Shown here in pieces: positions 1-15,232 of a stretch of 64,000 nt of DNA. Source of the stretch: Chrysomallon squamiferum (Eukaryota; Animalia; Mollusca); NCBI GenBank assembly GCA_012295275.1, contig CM022677.1:8618001-8682000 (forward strand). Reading direction: 5' to 3'. The position numbers and the translations under genes were made by a program. How positions within the stretch are numbered: the first letter of the stretch is position 1; every line of letters begins with the position of its first letter. The notes below the pieces were generated by a model. It did not search any database. It was not told where the DNA came from and saw only the letters and a list, made by a program, of their open reading frames with translations.

Positions 1-360
1 TATTTCCGTGCATGTACATGTGTTTCGGAACTGTCAGTGTGTCTCTTTCTCTGATAGAGAGATCTTCCAACATTCTTACGACAAATTCACAAAACAAACA
101 AATCACAAAGTCGAAACTTCCTGGCGGCTTTATTTAACAAATCTCACACAGAGTTATCTCCCTTTACATATTTCAAAACTACGGTCTTTCAAACGACATA
201 CCTGATTAATCCTGACGTCTGCGAAAAAATTACGCGTTTGGAGACAGTTATCTTGCCCGTGTACATCGTTAAAAACGGAACTATTTACATACCGCGCGGT
301 GTTTCGGGCGGAGACGAAACAGTATTAGACCGAGTTAAAAATTTAAAAACGTCGAACGTG
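1..360 (-). promoter_or_regulatory. CpG-rich promoter/5'-exon-like island, possibly of a gene running off the left edge
   Basis: High CpG density (ccgcgcgg, tacgcgt), ETS-like ACTTCCTG at ~116, and minus-strand donor-like CAG|GTATGT (~201) and CG|GTATGT (~292). Confidence 0.3.
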
Positions 361-559
361 TTAATATTAGGATTTGACTTCCACAATTTATACAAAAATA
401 TTTAAATTGTTTCCGCTACTTCAGCAAATCTCTTGTCAGTTTATGTTATTTTTCGTTACAAAGATTTCTATTTTTGATGTCGTATATGACAACATGGGTG
501 TAGCCATTTCCGTTGTGTTATTCTTTTAACGTGTCATAGGAAATAACTTCAGTTCTCAG

Positions 560-628
560 TGCTTATTATTGTTGTTGTTTATTATTATTATTTAATTTTT
601 TAGTGTTATTTTGATTATGATTATGATT

Positions 629-691
<63 letters not shown>

Positions 692-715
692 ATTATTATT
701 ATTATTATTATTGTT

Positions 716-747
<32 letters not shown>

Positions 748-870
748 ACTAGTACTGCTACTTAATGGTGTCTACTAGTACTATTGTTGTTGCTGGTACT
801 ACTACTAGTAGTTGTTATCCTTTAATAGCAGCAGTAGTTGTAGTTAGCATCGTTACATATGACCACTACA
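560..870. repeat. Compound trinucleotide microsatellite (GAT/TAT/GTT/ACT)
   Basis: Directly visible. Similar compound tracts occur at ~21950-22510, 46790-47030, 47830-48110, 51640-51890 and 63415-63640. Confidence 0.9.
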
Positions 871-1739
871 GTTGTTATCTCTCTGTAACACAGAATTAAT
901 TAAAGTATAATATATATATATATTTGATAATGGCCTGACTCGTGTTTACGCAGTGAGGTGTAAGCAGTAACAATTGTTACGCCAATCAGCCCAAGGCTAA
1001 TACTGAATTCCAAAATAACTATTCTATTCCATTCTCCCTTTGTAGTCTGCGTCACTGAGCGTATTGACAAAGGGGATTAACTCTGAGAAGGGAGATAATC
1101 AACACAAAGGTGCTAATAGTAATCTAGGGAATTAAACATAGCGGCGTTGGTTGGTTTTGTGCCAGTTTTGTTATGGAATATTTAAGATTAGAAATGTGTT
1201 GAATTACGTAGGTGTAACCCAAACACGTAGTTTTTAAACAAACAAAATAAAATACAAACTGATCGTAGGTCTGTTTAGCGATAATTGTTGTTGTTGTTGT
1301 TGTAGTTATGTAAAAAAATGTTGTTTTGTTATTTTATTTAAAAGTTGAATTTAATAATACTAATACTAATAATTAATAATAACATAACAATAATAATAAT
1401 AATTTGTGTAAGGGTATGTTTCTCTGTGTGTATGTGTTGTGTGTGCTTGCATGCTTGTGTGTTTGTGTGTACGTGCATGTATATCTGTATGTAAGTTACG
1501 TGTTTTAGATATAGCTGTAATGCAATACAAATCCGGGTACATATATACTTTTCCTGCTATTATTTTTCATTTTATTTCACTTTGATTTATTTCTGTTTTT
1601 AATGTTCCGGGAACACATGACTTGCCTTTGTTCCTCCCTGACTGAATGTCAAACAAACAAATCTCTGTAAATCAATAATTACTTTATCATTAACCCAGTG
1701 GTAGACAAAGAGTATGTGACTCTGTGTATGATTGTAGAT

Positions 1740-1852
1740 ATATTGAATGTCTGTGTGTGTGTGTTTGTGTGTGTATTTGTAAGTGTGTGTATCTGTAAGT
1801 GTGCGTGAGTGCGTGCGTGTGTGTACGAGTGAGTGTGTGTATCTGTATCTGT

Positions 1853-1914
<62 letters not shown>

Positions 1915-1925
1915 CTGTGTGTGTA
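1740..1925. repeat. (TG)n and degenerate TG-rich microsatellite
   Basis: Directly visible; gives rise to the spurious CV/HT-repeat ORFs. Confidence 0.95.
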
Positions 1926-3009
1926 TTGTGTCACAATGTTTCCTAAGCTGGAAATCATCCTGGAAGTTATTAGTTTGTACATATTAATGAAAAATGTCGT
2001 AAATCTGAAGGAAGGATTAGAATGTGAATTACAAATTAGTTTGTCCTGTCAGCGAACTGAGTAAATGAATTATTTATATGATTTATCAGTTATATATTTT
2101 GTTTACCTTTCACATACATAGATTCATACATACATACATACATACATGCATACATACACAAACACATACACGTAGATCGTTTTTCTTTTTTTTATTGTTT
2201 ATGAAGTCATATATTTTACATTTAATAATTTACATTTATATAAATTTATATGTACAAAAATGTATTTCCAATTACGTTTTATAAAGACATATGTTTATAA
2301 CTGTGGTGTGTATGTGTATATATATATATATATTTGTGTGCGTACTTATGTGATTATATCCTAGAGTAAAGTACTTATTGATGTCAAATAATCAACTAAA
2401 ACACACTCAACAAGCTGAACTACAACAACAACAAGAATAACAGCAACAACAAACAGTAACAAACATTTAGATTCAATAGTCAAGTTTATAGACAAACTAC
2501 TCGGTCGACTGACTTTGCGAGCGTAGTTTTTGTTGGACACCAGTTTTTAATTTCATAATGGCGACATGAGTGGTTAAAGCCCGGGGCCTCATTTCATCTA
2601 CAGCGTACTTATTTTGTCACAAGATGTTATCACAAAGGAATATATGTGTAGAGTGTATTTGTCAAGTCTGCTACGCTGCCTAAGACCATGTCGAGGGTAT
2701 ATCAAAAGAAAACTACTTTACAGCAGTAAATTCACCCTTTTTGTTATGCCGCGCCAATTATTTAGTGTTACGATGAATATTGTGATTTTTTTTTTTTTGG
2801 GGGGGATGCTTTATTGTTAAGGGTATCTGTTTTTCAGTTAATTTCACACGTTGTTGTTGTGTTTCGTCGTCGTTGCTATTATTATTGCATTTGTTTTTTG
2901 CTGATGCTTCTTCGGTCTTTTTCTCAATTTTTTGTTCTTCTTTTTTGTTTGTTTTTGTACTAGTAAAATGGTAATAGTAATATTACAGTAATAGTATAAT
3001 AGATTTATC

Positions 3010-3240
3010 GTCGGATTTCTTTATCATCGGCTTTTATGACATAGCCTCTTTTACGCCCAGTACTCATCTCAGTCGTCTTCTTTTATGACGTAACTATTTT
3101 ATCATAGGCCTTTATGACGTAGCGAACTGCATCGTTCAGATGCCATTATAATCATGTTCTTTTATGACGTAACTATTTTTAATCATGCTCTTTTATGACT
3201 AAACAAATTATATCATATAGTTTTATGACGTACCGTTTGA
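3010..3240. repeat. Degenerate ~30-bp minisatellite with TTTATGAC(GTA) core, 6 copies
   Basis: Core at about 3033, 3082, 3111, 3161, 3192 and 3222. Confidence 0.8.
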
Positions 3241-4491
3241 TGAGGAAATTTGTTACGGTGCCTGTCTGTCGTAATATATAGAGAGGTGAGATTCTTTTGT
3301 ATGTAGCGTCACAGCTACCATGTCTCTCGTTGAATTTATTTATTTATTTATTAAAATAAAGGTAACTTACACAATTTATTTATTTATTTATTTGCTGTTT
3401 CTTATTGTGTTAGTTATTTTATTTCATTTTATTTTATTTTAATTAAATGAAAATATTTATTTATTTATTTATTGTGACATTGAAGTCTAGGTAACTTATT
3501 ATCTTTGTTAACTTATTTATTTGTAGTTTGCTTGATTGTTTGTTTTATTTCATTTAACTTTAGTTTAACTGAATTAAAATACTTATTTATTTATTTTTTT
3601 TTTTTATAATACACGCGTGTTTCTTCACATTAAGTTGCACATTCAGTAGATAAGTCGAAATGGCTATTCTTACACACCCCATTCCCTTTAATAACCAACC
3701 ATCCGACCATCGTTGACGGAACAGACACTAGCGATTAACTATTATTGCGAAATAATGCGTAAGTAGGACATGTCACAAGGTACATATGCAAATTAGCTCA
3801 TATTTAAATTACCAGAGACCTATTCATCAACGCCTTTGAAATTAACATGCTCACGAAATATCACACATAAACACAGGCAGGCAGAACTGAAACACATTCC
3901 GGTATCTAATCACGTGATAAAGTCCTTCCATTTCATTAGCTATTTGACAATGGTGTAGGGCTGTTCTTTTCTTCTCCCTCCGATACACATGATCACCTTT
4001 CCATACGTATTTCGTTAAACTTATTTGTGATGTTATATGCAAGTTGCTTTACCAACCAGAGCATACGCTGAAGAGACATTAATGACATGTAATATATGGA
4101 CACCCTGACTATAAAAATATGTGATTTATGGTAAACTTGCGTTTTGAAAACATTTATTCTCTTCTTATTTTACACTTCGGAAATACCTACCTATCAAAAG
4201 TGGAGAGGAGGTAGAAAAATAAAATAAATCAAAAATGAAACACGAGAAAAGATGAAATCTTGAAAACTAATAATCATAAATTATTGTAGACTTTTTTTGT
4301 TCTGATTTTTATTTTCGTGTTTATGAGCAAATCGTTATAAAAAAATCACTTACTATTAATCGTAGGAGTAACCCCTCAAGTGGAGCAGTTCTTCCTCTTA
4401 TACATCATTTGTATGTTTCTGGGCATCACCATAAATTATTACTGAAGAGCAATGATTTTATTAAGTATTCAGTGTTGTCTTAATTATGTTT

Positions 4492-4565
<74 letters not shown>

Positions 4566-5961
4566 CCCCCATTTTCTGATGTTGGTGTTGGTGTGTCCAA
4601 TCCTCCAGTTACTGCCGCTAATTAATGACCAAGTTTCAAAAGATCAAGAAACCAAATAAACAGAAGTAATAAAACCATGATTTATTTGTCAATAAAATTC
4701 CAGCAGTAATCCGAACCTAAATTTAAAGACGTTTTCTTTTTTCCTTTTGCACCCATTGACATCCTCAACTTAACTTTTTATTACATCCTAACAGGAAAAG
4801 AATCTGCCTCACAAGACTGCCCCAAAACGATCGAGTTACTGTTTGGAATGACAGAATTATCAACGTTAACCTGTTGTAAGCCACAACAGCCCTTTACTAC
4901 AAAATTCATCGTTTCGATGGCTAAACTCAGACACAACTAAACTCACATAACACAAAACAAATACGACCTTGGGCTATGTTCAATACTTCCAGCATTGTAA
5001 TCTCCTTACCTAAGAGCGATAACTGCAGAGAGGAATACATTCTTCCGTTTTGTCGTCTGCTATTCCACCTGACTTATTCGGTACGTTAGGGTAGATTGCC
5101 TATTCAGTGAGCCTGTTTAAACGTCAATAATACCAAGCGTTAATTATTACTATTGAAAAAGCTACGGAAGATTGATTCTCAGGCTATGCGACTTGAACAA
5201 ACAACATTTATAGGACATATTTGCGACGGCTCAGTTTATTATGTTTTAGTTAAGTAGAAATTCGGGTGACACAGAGTTTTGGAGTTGTTTTATGTTGACT
5301 TACCAGTAAATAGTTTCGTGTGATTAATGAAAATTCCTAATCTGATGTAAGTACATTTATAAGAAAGTATTTTAATTTAAAGTCTTTGTATTTGTAATGT
5401 GTATAATTTAGTATAATTAAATTTCAAGAATGTGTAAGCATATTTGTTTGTCACTTTGTATAATCATATTTTTCCTCTCTGTTGAATATGTATATTTGTA
5501 TCGTTGTATGTCATGTATATATTAATATGTTTGTGTGCGCGCCGACATAGATATCGGTAAACATAAATATACACACTTAGACTTACACATACGTACACGT
5601 AAACGCACACACATAGACACACACACACACACACAACATTTACGACACTCTGGTACGACTCCATATACAGTAACCATCCAACGATGTTAGTAAATCCATT
5701 GAACGGAAGAAACCATTAATCAGGTTTCTGGTTTAGAGACTTAAACGTTTTCTTACTTGTTCGGAGTCTCTGATCAATAAGATGAAGGCATTAACCTGTA
5801 GTGTCAGTGTCACGGTAATTTATTTATCAAAATCTTCATCCATCTATCTCAATTTAGATTAATCATGGTAGTAATTATAATTAAATGTTGTTTACTTGTT
5901 GCATACTTTGTAAAACGGGAACTCAGGTGATTCTGTCGATTAGTGTTACATAATTATCACG

Positions 5962-6070
<109 letters not shown>

Positions 6071-6610
6071 CATCACACTACTCCGATATCTCTTCCCAAG
6101 CACACAAAAAAGTGATCATGAAATCTACCTTACAAATTCGTTTCCAATAACTGATAAGAACCTAAATATTGACTTGTGTGTAAATCACTACTTTACTTTT
6201 CCTTGTCAAACTGCAGCTGATAACGTACGAGTATTGACGAAATGTGCCGATTAATGGCAGTAATTGGCCAACAGTGGCATGTCGATGTAAATAAGTTCAT
6301 TCTTGGCATCCATTGGTCGAGGTAAGCCAACGAAATCGTCTGGTATTAAGATGTGGGATTAACTAGTCAAAGGGTTCGTTTGCCTTTGAAAACATTTAAT
6401 TGGCAACTTCATCCTTATGTTGTTCCATGCATTAACTGTTAGCTGTTAATGTACCTGGATTTCTGATAACGCGAAAGATCGTGTACCCGGTTTTGGCATT
6501 TAGAAAACGAAATTAAAAGTAAATAAATAAAATTTTACAGAAAATAATAGGAAAATAAGTGTTATGTACATTCATTTATTTTTGTTTGTTATTGGTTTTG
6601 ACAGTTTTTC

Positions 6611-6666
<56 letters not shown>

Positions 6667-7329
6667 TACTATTATTATGAAATTTCTTTATAAAATTAAA
6701 TAATATTGCTTTTCTTTGAATATATTTCTTCTATTTTCACTTCCTTTCACTACCAAATAATAAACATGTACAAAAAGGAGAAATTATCACGGAGAACACA
6801 AGAGAGATTATGCTGTTGTATCTATTAATGCGACAAGGCGCCACTGAAAAGGCTAGATTTGTTCGTGCTTCTAAGACCACCGAATGAAATATGTTCTTTT
6901 TGTCCTGCTCTGTAATCACGTGTTGACAGAAACCCGCTTCCAGTACCACTGTAACAACAACTTGTGTTTCAAAGCAGCCTACAGACTCGCCCAGGCATTA
7001 TCAGCGCGCGTGTTTCTTTTCCAAAATACCGAACACACTAAGTTTATGAATTAGGTATTACCTCGCAAAGGTCAAGCGACGTGATGCGTGTAAATATTAT
7101 TTTAATAATACCTGTGAAGATTGCTTAGGTATTTTATGCCGAAGGCCTTTTTTTATTTTTTTCCCCCTTCTTCTTCTTCCCCAATTTTTTTATTTTTTTT
7201 ATTTTTTTATTATTTTTGGCAATAACATTTATTTAACTTGTTTTTAAACCTGCTATAAGAAGACGTATGAACGTATTATAAACTGGTGTTCCGTTTATAT
7301 AAAGTTTATATGGCTAGTCGTAGGATCTA

Positions 7330-7720
7330 TCTTTAATATGTTTGTAAACTATCTGACGCAGGTTTGTGTATTTTGTAGAGTCACTGTAGAAGGTGTATAT
7401 AAAAACATATATGCGTAACATGTTTGTAAACTGCAGAAAGTGTATGCATAACATGTTTGTAAACTGCAGAAAGAATATGCATAACATGTTTGTAAATTGC
7501 ATGAGCTTTGTGTAACATGTTATAAATGGCTGTAGGGGTGTAAAATGTTTATAAACTGTAGGAGTATTGACAATTGTTATACGTTTGTTAATTTTGGGAG
7601 ATGTTTGAAACATATTTGTAAACTGTAGAAGGCATATAACATGTTTGTAAAATGGATGAATGAAGTTTATATAAATTATTAAGTTCCTGAAAGAGCTGTG
7701 TATAAGATGTTTCCGTAAGC
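7330..7720. repeat. Degenerate ~33-bp minisatellite (core TAACATGTTTGTAAACTGCAGAAAG)
   Basis: Recurrent ATGTTTGTAAA core; appears as the LQFTNML repeat in the 7314..7877 minus ORF. Confidence 0.8.
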
Positions 7721-7724
7721 GATG

Positions 7725-7849
<125 letters not shown>

Positions 7850-8950
7850 GTATTATTCCTCTCTTTTTCTTGGTCATATACCTTAATTTTTTTTTTTTTT
7901 TTTTTTTCTTGTTTCGTCTAGTAAATAATATTATAATTATAAGTTTCCATATGTTCTGTCTTTTAAAATGCTTCGGTTAAAAGAAAAAAAATATATGTAT
8001 ATTATTCACATTCTCCAATCTTCTGTCTAACAGTAAACTAGAAATCTCGAGTTCAAATCTGGGGTCATAAACTGTGAATCATTTGAAAACTATCGAATTA
8101 CCCGCCACTGTTTGTACACCCACACCCTGCGCGCTCTCGGCATGGTCAGGTAACGTGAAACTGACTGGATACCAGAAATAGCCGCTTTAACTTGCACTAA
8201 GTCACGCGTGTCAAAGGTCATGTTTTATAATGTAGAGATGTTGATTTAATGTTATAATATAGTAGATATTGGAATTTAGTGTTTCTGTTTGTTAGTATAT
8301 ATTTCTATTGATGATTTGTAAGTACTCGTTTAAAATTACTTTTAATTTGCAGAGCTAGATGTAAAAAGAGAATTTTTATTTGTTACTTTTTTGTATATTT
8401 ATTTATTTATTACCTTTTAGTGTTTTTCTTTGTGTTTTTATATATTGTGAAAAAATGACAATTTCTGATTTCTATTATAAAACGTTATTAAGAAATGAAA
8501 GTTTCTATTTTTAAACATTAGGAAATGAAAATTTCTGCTTTCGATTTTTAAACATTATTAAGAAATGAAATATTTCTACTTATTATTAAAAATGACTCAC
8601 GAGAAATTTCCTGTTTTATTTTTATTTCCAGAACTGAAAAAGCGAAAAGAATGTTGTGTGTTATTTCTAAATAAATGACTTGTTACTAATTAAAACGTTT
8701 TAACATTTTTGCTTAAGGACATGCAATTGATTCTTGTTTTTAAGTATTATATTTATCTCATAATTACATTAATTTTAATTTAAATGAATGACTAAACAAA
8801 TAGACAGATTAGATAGACAGTCAGAGAGAAAGATTTAAAAAAAAAAACCCCAATATTTTAATAAAATAAAATAAAATGCAAACATGAATTTACTCTATTC
8901 ATCATTATCTATTTTTCTTTCTCTAATTTCTACTTCTTTAATTATTATTA

Positions 8951-8993
<43 letters not shown>

Positions 8994-9940
8994 TTTTATT
9001 TTATTTTATTTTATTTTATTTTATTTTATTTTATTTTATTTTTTTTTTTTAACATTTTCCCCAAATTAACCTGAATCATGTGCACACCTGACATGAACAT
9101 GAAAATTAACTTTCACGTACAGATTAACATTGCATAAATTAGCAATCGACGTCAACTGACCTAAAATGTCACTTGCGTGTCAGTCACTGTTAACGACTTA
9201 TTGCAGTGTTATTTTCAGACGATGACGTAACGTGTTCCCGGGTTTTAGTCTAAATTGTTTGATCGAGTCTATTGTTATATGCCATTAATTAAACCCGCTT
9301 CACTGGACTTTGTGTAATAAAAATAATAAATACGTGTTTGTGTATGTCTGTTGCTACCCTGCAGGGAAATAAGATAGAAAGAGTATTACCCAGGCAAGTT
9401 GTTTAATTTGTAGATATGTGTGTCGTCATTTGCCCGTAAGGAAGTAAATGAAATAACTAGTTACTCCTAGCATATACAAATATATATATTGACGGTGTTA
9501 GGATTTAAACACTACCAATCTTGGAAGTGTTTGTGTTTAGAGTTTGAGGATTCTTCTTGTTTGTAAAGCGAGAATAATGTAAGTTGTGAGCGATTTTCTT
9601 TCAATATTAATTTAGACACTTTTCGGTTGATAACACATGTATATATGTGGTGTATTACTGTATTTTCTGTTTTATTATATTCAGTATTATTATTTTGTTA
9701 CTAATACTACATAGCTATGATGTGGCTAATTCAAGCTACACGGCATTTTGAAACCGATGATAAACAGACTTTATAAATGTACACTCAATTTTCAAGATTA
9801 AATGTTTATGTCATTTCCTTGTTTATGATTATTTATTTACATTTTCTAACCTAATAATTCAATATAAATATATTATTATTATTATGAAATTTTGTCATTC
9901 ACTAAACGCTCGCCACTGTTCTCATTTCCATCTCTGTCTG

Positions 9941-9987
<47 letters not shown>

Positions 9988-10034
9988 GTCTCTCTCTCTC
10001 TGTTTCTCTCTCTCTCTCTGTCTGTCTGTCTGTT

Positions 10035-10091
<57 letters not shown>

Positions 10092-10229
10092 CTGTGTGTC
10101 TTTCTCTCGTTCTTTATAACACTCGAACACAGACCTAAACGCATTTACATAATCAGATATACTGATGCCTCACAGGTTCAAACTATGTGGATCCATACGC
10201 ACATAAACATATATACACACAAGATTTTA

Positions 10230-10279
<50 letters not shown>

Positions 10280-10951
10280 TGAGTGCATGTGCGTGTTTAT
10301 ATATATATATATACATGCTCATACACTCATATACGTACACATCAGTCACACAGTTACACAGACACACAAACACACACAAGAATACAGATACATACATACA
10401 TACATACATATATATATATAAACATACACACACATATACACACACATACACATTCACAGACGCATTCACATATTCACATATTCTAACACAGAAGAGACTG
10501 GTTGGTATAATTCCGGTATATGAAACAAACGTATAGCTAGCTTTACCGCCAGTTTGGAGATAGCCACATCGATTTTTGCCAAGACTGAATTATGTCCTGA
10601 ACAGCCAATGTGCCACTGAAGATAACTGTAGAAGTACTATACACACTTCTGTTTGTTAATATAAATCTTAATTAACTGTTTTATTATAATGACTGAGAGA
10701 CTGATAAGGGGGCTTATCATCTTAAGATTTTTAAAATACAGTGTTTGGGTTATTGTCTTAAACTACTATTTGTTACACTTGTTAGTGTGTGCCGCTGTGT
10801 TCTAATTGCTTATATATACATTTAGATTGTGTACTTTTGTATACAAGTGAAAATACTAATAATAATGCTGACGGTAATGATGATGATGATGATAATGAAT
10901 AATAATAATGATAATAATAATATTAAAGTTGAAGCAAAAGTGGTAAGCCAG

Positions 10952-11026
<75 letters not shown>

Positions 11027-12584
11027 GTATGTGTATGCGTTTATCTATATGTAGTTCAATTTGTCAGATGTAAAGATCGTGAAACGCTTATTATAAACTG
11101 ATTGGTGAATGTTTATCATGTGTATAACATCGTATCAAATACTTTCATAACAATAAGGATTTTTAAGGAAATAATTTGATCAGTTCTTTACAATACTGTT
11201 ACAATATATATTATGATATAATGCAATAATTGTGTATTCTTATTAACAAATATACCCATTCTGGCCCTTCTGAACATGAACCCAGATCCGGTCATGGATA
11301 TTCTATACAATCAGTGATCTGTCCTTTCAGTAACCTTTAAAAAGTGTACATTTCTCGACGTACTTTCCTCTCCGGTAAGCGGAGCATCACGTTAGTAACA
11401 AATAGAACAGTTAATAGACTGCAGCTATATACAGGCTGGACCGACAGATGACGCGATACCACTCTCGCTACTTGCTTGATTACAAGTAATCTGCTTAATA
11501 AGAAATCCGTCAGCGCGGAATAATTCCCCAGCTTCGTGCTTAATTAGCCAGGAGGAGATAACTGCAAGGATTTACTTTCATCAGCCTTTCTCCCCCACAC
11601 ACTCACACCCACCATCATCGCCATTACGTGTAGTTCGTAATGAGGCAGAAAAAGTCCGTTTAGGCTCTATTAACAGCCCAGAGGCAAGTAACGGATTTCT
11701 GTTTGATGCAGGTCGCTGACTGGACCGACGTCTGTACTGCTCCGTCGTCGCTGACGTTGAGTGATCGATATTGAACGTCTTTTCGTCATGTTCTAATTAT
11801 CGTGTCGTTGGCGCCCGGCAATTAGTCAAAACGAGGGTTTACACAGGGTTGTGTGCACAGGGAAACACCACAACATGTTCTAATGTATCTCTATTGAAAT
11901 TCATTACTTTGAAGTGACATTGTTCTCAATATAAATAAACCCCAAATTGTTTATTATTGTTGTCCTATACTAAGTATTATAAAAGGGATGTTACTACAGT
12001 GTAATAAAACATAATGTAACATAAAGTACATTAACATAAAATAACATAATATATTTATTTTATTTCTTGTATTGTGTATCATTATGTGAGTTCTGTATGT
12101 ATGTGTGTGAATGTGTGTATCTTTGATCGTGTGAGTGTGTGTGTGTGCGTGTGTATGAATAATATATATATATATATACACACACATATACATATATGTA
12201 TGTATGTGTGTATGGCTTAATTTTATACAGAATATACGATGAAGAGTTAATAGTTCTGTCAGAGTTTGACGGCTATAAGCAATGGAGAAGAATTCGGAGA
12301 TAACAGATTATCATCTGATTATCATTTAGTTGACTTTTGCATTGTCCAGTCTGTTAAATTTGATAATAATCATAAACTGCATATAAAAAGATTTGATCCT
12401 ACGACCAGTGTGTTTTAACCTTATTCCTTTAATATTATGCCAGCAGTTAGCATATTCTGCATATATTAATTTGTTTTTTGGTAATTAATATGTTGAAATT
12501 ACTGTAAGTCACAAGACTTAATCTATCATTTATTGCCACTGCAAGGGTAATTTTAAAGAATTAAGTACAAAAAAAAGAAGAGAA

Positions 12585-12644
<60 letters not shown>

Positions 12645-13572
12645 CAAGATTCGATCTCACAAACATTTAGTTTCTTTCCTTGTTTTTTTGTCACACGCAG
12701 TTCTGTATTTTTGTGGTAAATTCGCTGTTCGATTACTTAAACATAGCCCTGTTAATCTTATTACTTCTTCCCCCACTGAACACCCAGGCGACTTTTTTTG
12801 TTGTTGTTTTTTTTGTTGCTGAGATAATCAAAGAGCGGAAATGCACGGCGCCCAGTAACGAACTGTGTTTCAGGTATCGATCCCTGGTTCAGATAATTGG
12901 AGTGATTTGAGAAGAGTTTTATCATTTGACCTCGCTGTAGCCTCGGGTACAGAGCACGGCTGTCTTCTAGAGATTCGCAAAGAGACAGTCAGCTGCAATA
13001 TCCACAACACAAATTCGATGCGATAGTTCCTGGCTGCAGAACACGTGTAGTTATCCCCATTCTTTTCTTTTTTTTTCCTCCTCTTTGCTCTTGTCATTTT
13101 TGTACTTGAGCTCCGAGTTAGGAGATATATGTTGTTCGTACAAACTCGGCAATAACCGGACAGTTTAAAATATCTGAGTGTTAAACATTGGAATATATTT
13201 GTACTTAATTCCTGGTTAGTTGTCACGTGACTGCTTTATGAAAGGTTATGTTATATTCTGTTCTGTCTATTGAAATTCATCATATACTCTAGAAACATTG
13301 TAAACTCTAATCATTAATGTATAAAACTCATTTGCGATTTCGTAAATATCTGTGTTCAATATATATATATATATATGTATATATAGTTTGTGTACGTATG
13401 TATGTGAGTGAGTGTGTGTGTGTGTGTGTGTGTTTTTCTGCAACTATAAATATTAACACTGAAAGTGAAATTAAATAACTAAATCCGAATTCTTTTTCAT
13501 ATATGTTTATTTCGTAATAATTTGTCTTTACACCTAGACTCTGTTGTGTGTTTGTTTGAGACTGATACCAAG

Positions 13573-13619
<47 letters not shown>

Positions 13620-15139
13620 GTGTGTGTTTTGTGTTTGTGTGTGTTTGTTTGTGTGTGTGTTTGTTTGTTTGTTTGTGTGTGTGTGTGTTTGTGTGTGAGA
13701 CTGACACCAAGACTGTGTCATCGAGAAGAGTGCTCTTTCACCGATTAATTCAAATTTTTCTTCATTTCTTTCTCTTTTCTTTCTTAAACTACGCTTTAAT
13801 TACTTATTACGCTTAAGATTTTTTCCTTTTACGGTACAATTCTTTTTATTTCACTTTTCGTTATTCATTCTTTTCTTTATTCTTTTTTTATTCTTTTTTT
13901 ACTCAGTTTAATGTAAATTGAATTTACAACTTGTTTATTTTGTATCTATGACAACTAGATTTTGTTCACTGATTGTTACTGTCGGTTCTTCTGAACGTAT
14001 TTTGCTATTTTGTTCTTTGTGCATAATTTTCTTTTCGTTATATTAATTTAACTTTAAAAAAAATAGATGTTGCGGTGTTATGACTTAGTGAGCTACTAAT
14101 GTCAGTTTTATTTTGCACTTTTTTCTTTTTTTTTACCCCCTTTATATTCTGGGAATAATAAAACGCTAGATTTTACGTCGATATTATCTTATTTGTTTAT
14201 TCCAGAATCAATGTGGTCTTATCAAGGCATGTTTTATTTTACTGTTATTATAACGCTAATTTATTTAGAGCCATTTGCATATTATTTACTTATTTATATA
14301 CATCTACACACATACACACACATACTCACACACATACATACACACATACACACACTTATATATATTTATTATGATGTCTTTCGATTGTTTTATTTTTTTA
14401 CTTTTTATTATTCTTTTATTGTGACATCAGTTTATTTTGTTTATTTTTAATTTAGTTATTTATTACCTTCAACCATAATATTTTTTTTCTCATCCCCAAT
14501 ATTTAATAAGCGTTTTTATTTAATTTAAAAACGGCTATTAACTAAACAATAATGTGATGCAGTGATGACGTCACGCATTGTTTCTGTCAGAGAACAGTCA
14601 TATTCCACAGAGAAAGAAATAACTAATCCAACAGACACGGCAGAAATTAAATTACGACACATCGTTATGAACACGTAATAACTTATTAGGCATGCGCAGC
14701 GACCTCAACTCAATTAGGCAACATAGACGTGTTTTAAGACTGCAGATTATCCATAATGAAAAATGTTATAAATATAACACTGTTACGTGAGTGACTTCCA
14801 GCAGTAATGCGGGTTACCTGACCTTTACACGAACATTGTCGAAGTCATGTTAATTCCGTTTTTAATTACGTCATAGGTAAAATTAGCTTTAAACAGACTT
14901 GTAAAATATTTTATATTTCTTGATCTTGTTCTTCATGTTGTTGCTGTTGTTATTGTTCTTCTTATTATTATTTTTTTATTTATAATTGTAGTATTGGTTG
15001 TAGTAGTAGTAATAATGGTACTACAATGCTGCCATATCAACATCATCATTATTATCTTCTTCATCATCTTTTTGTTAAATAATTTACCTAATATTTTATA
15101 AACACACACACACACACACAAACACACATAAATACAAAT

Positions 15140-15232
<93 letters not shown>

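Noticed and set aside
10692-10712. Resemblance to miR-184 (..gagaactgataagggc)
   Set aside because: Only the 3' part is similar; the seed is absent and no pre-miRNA-length hairpin is evident.
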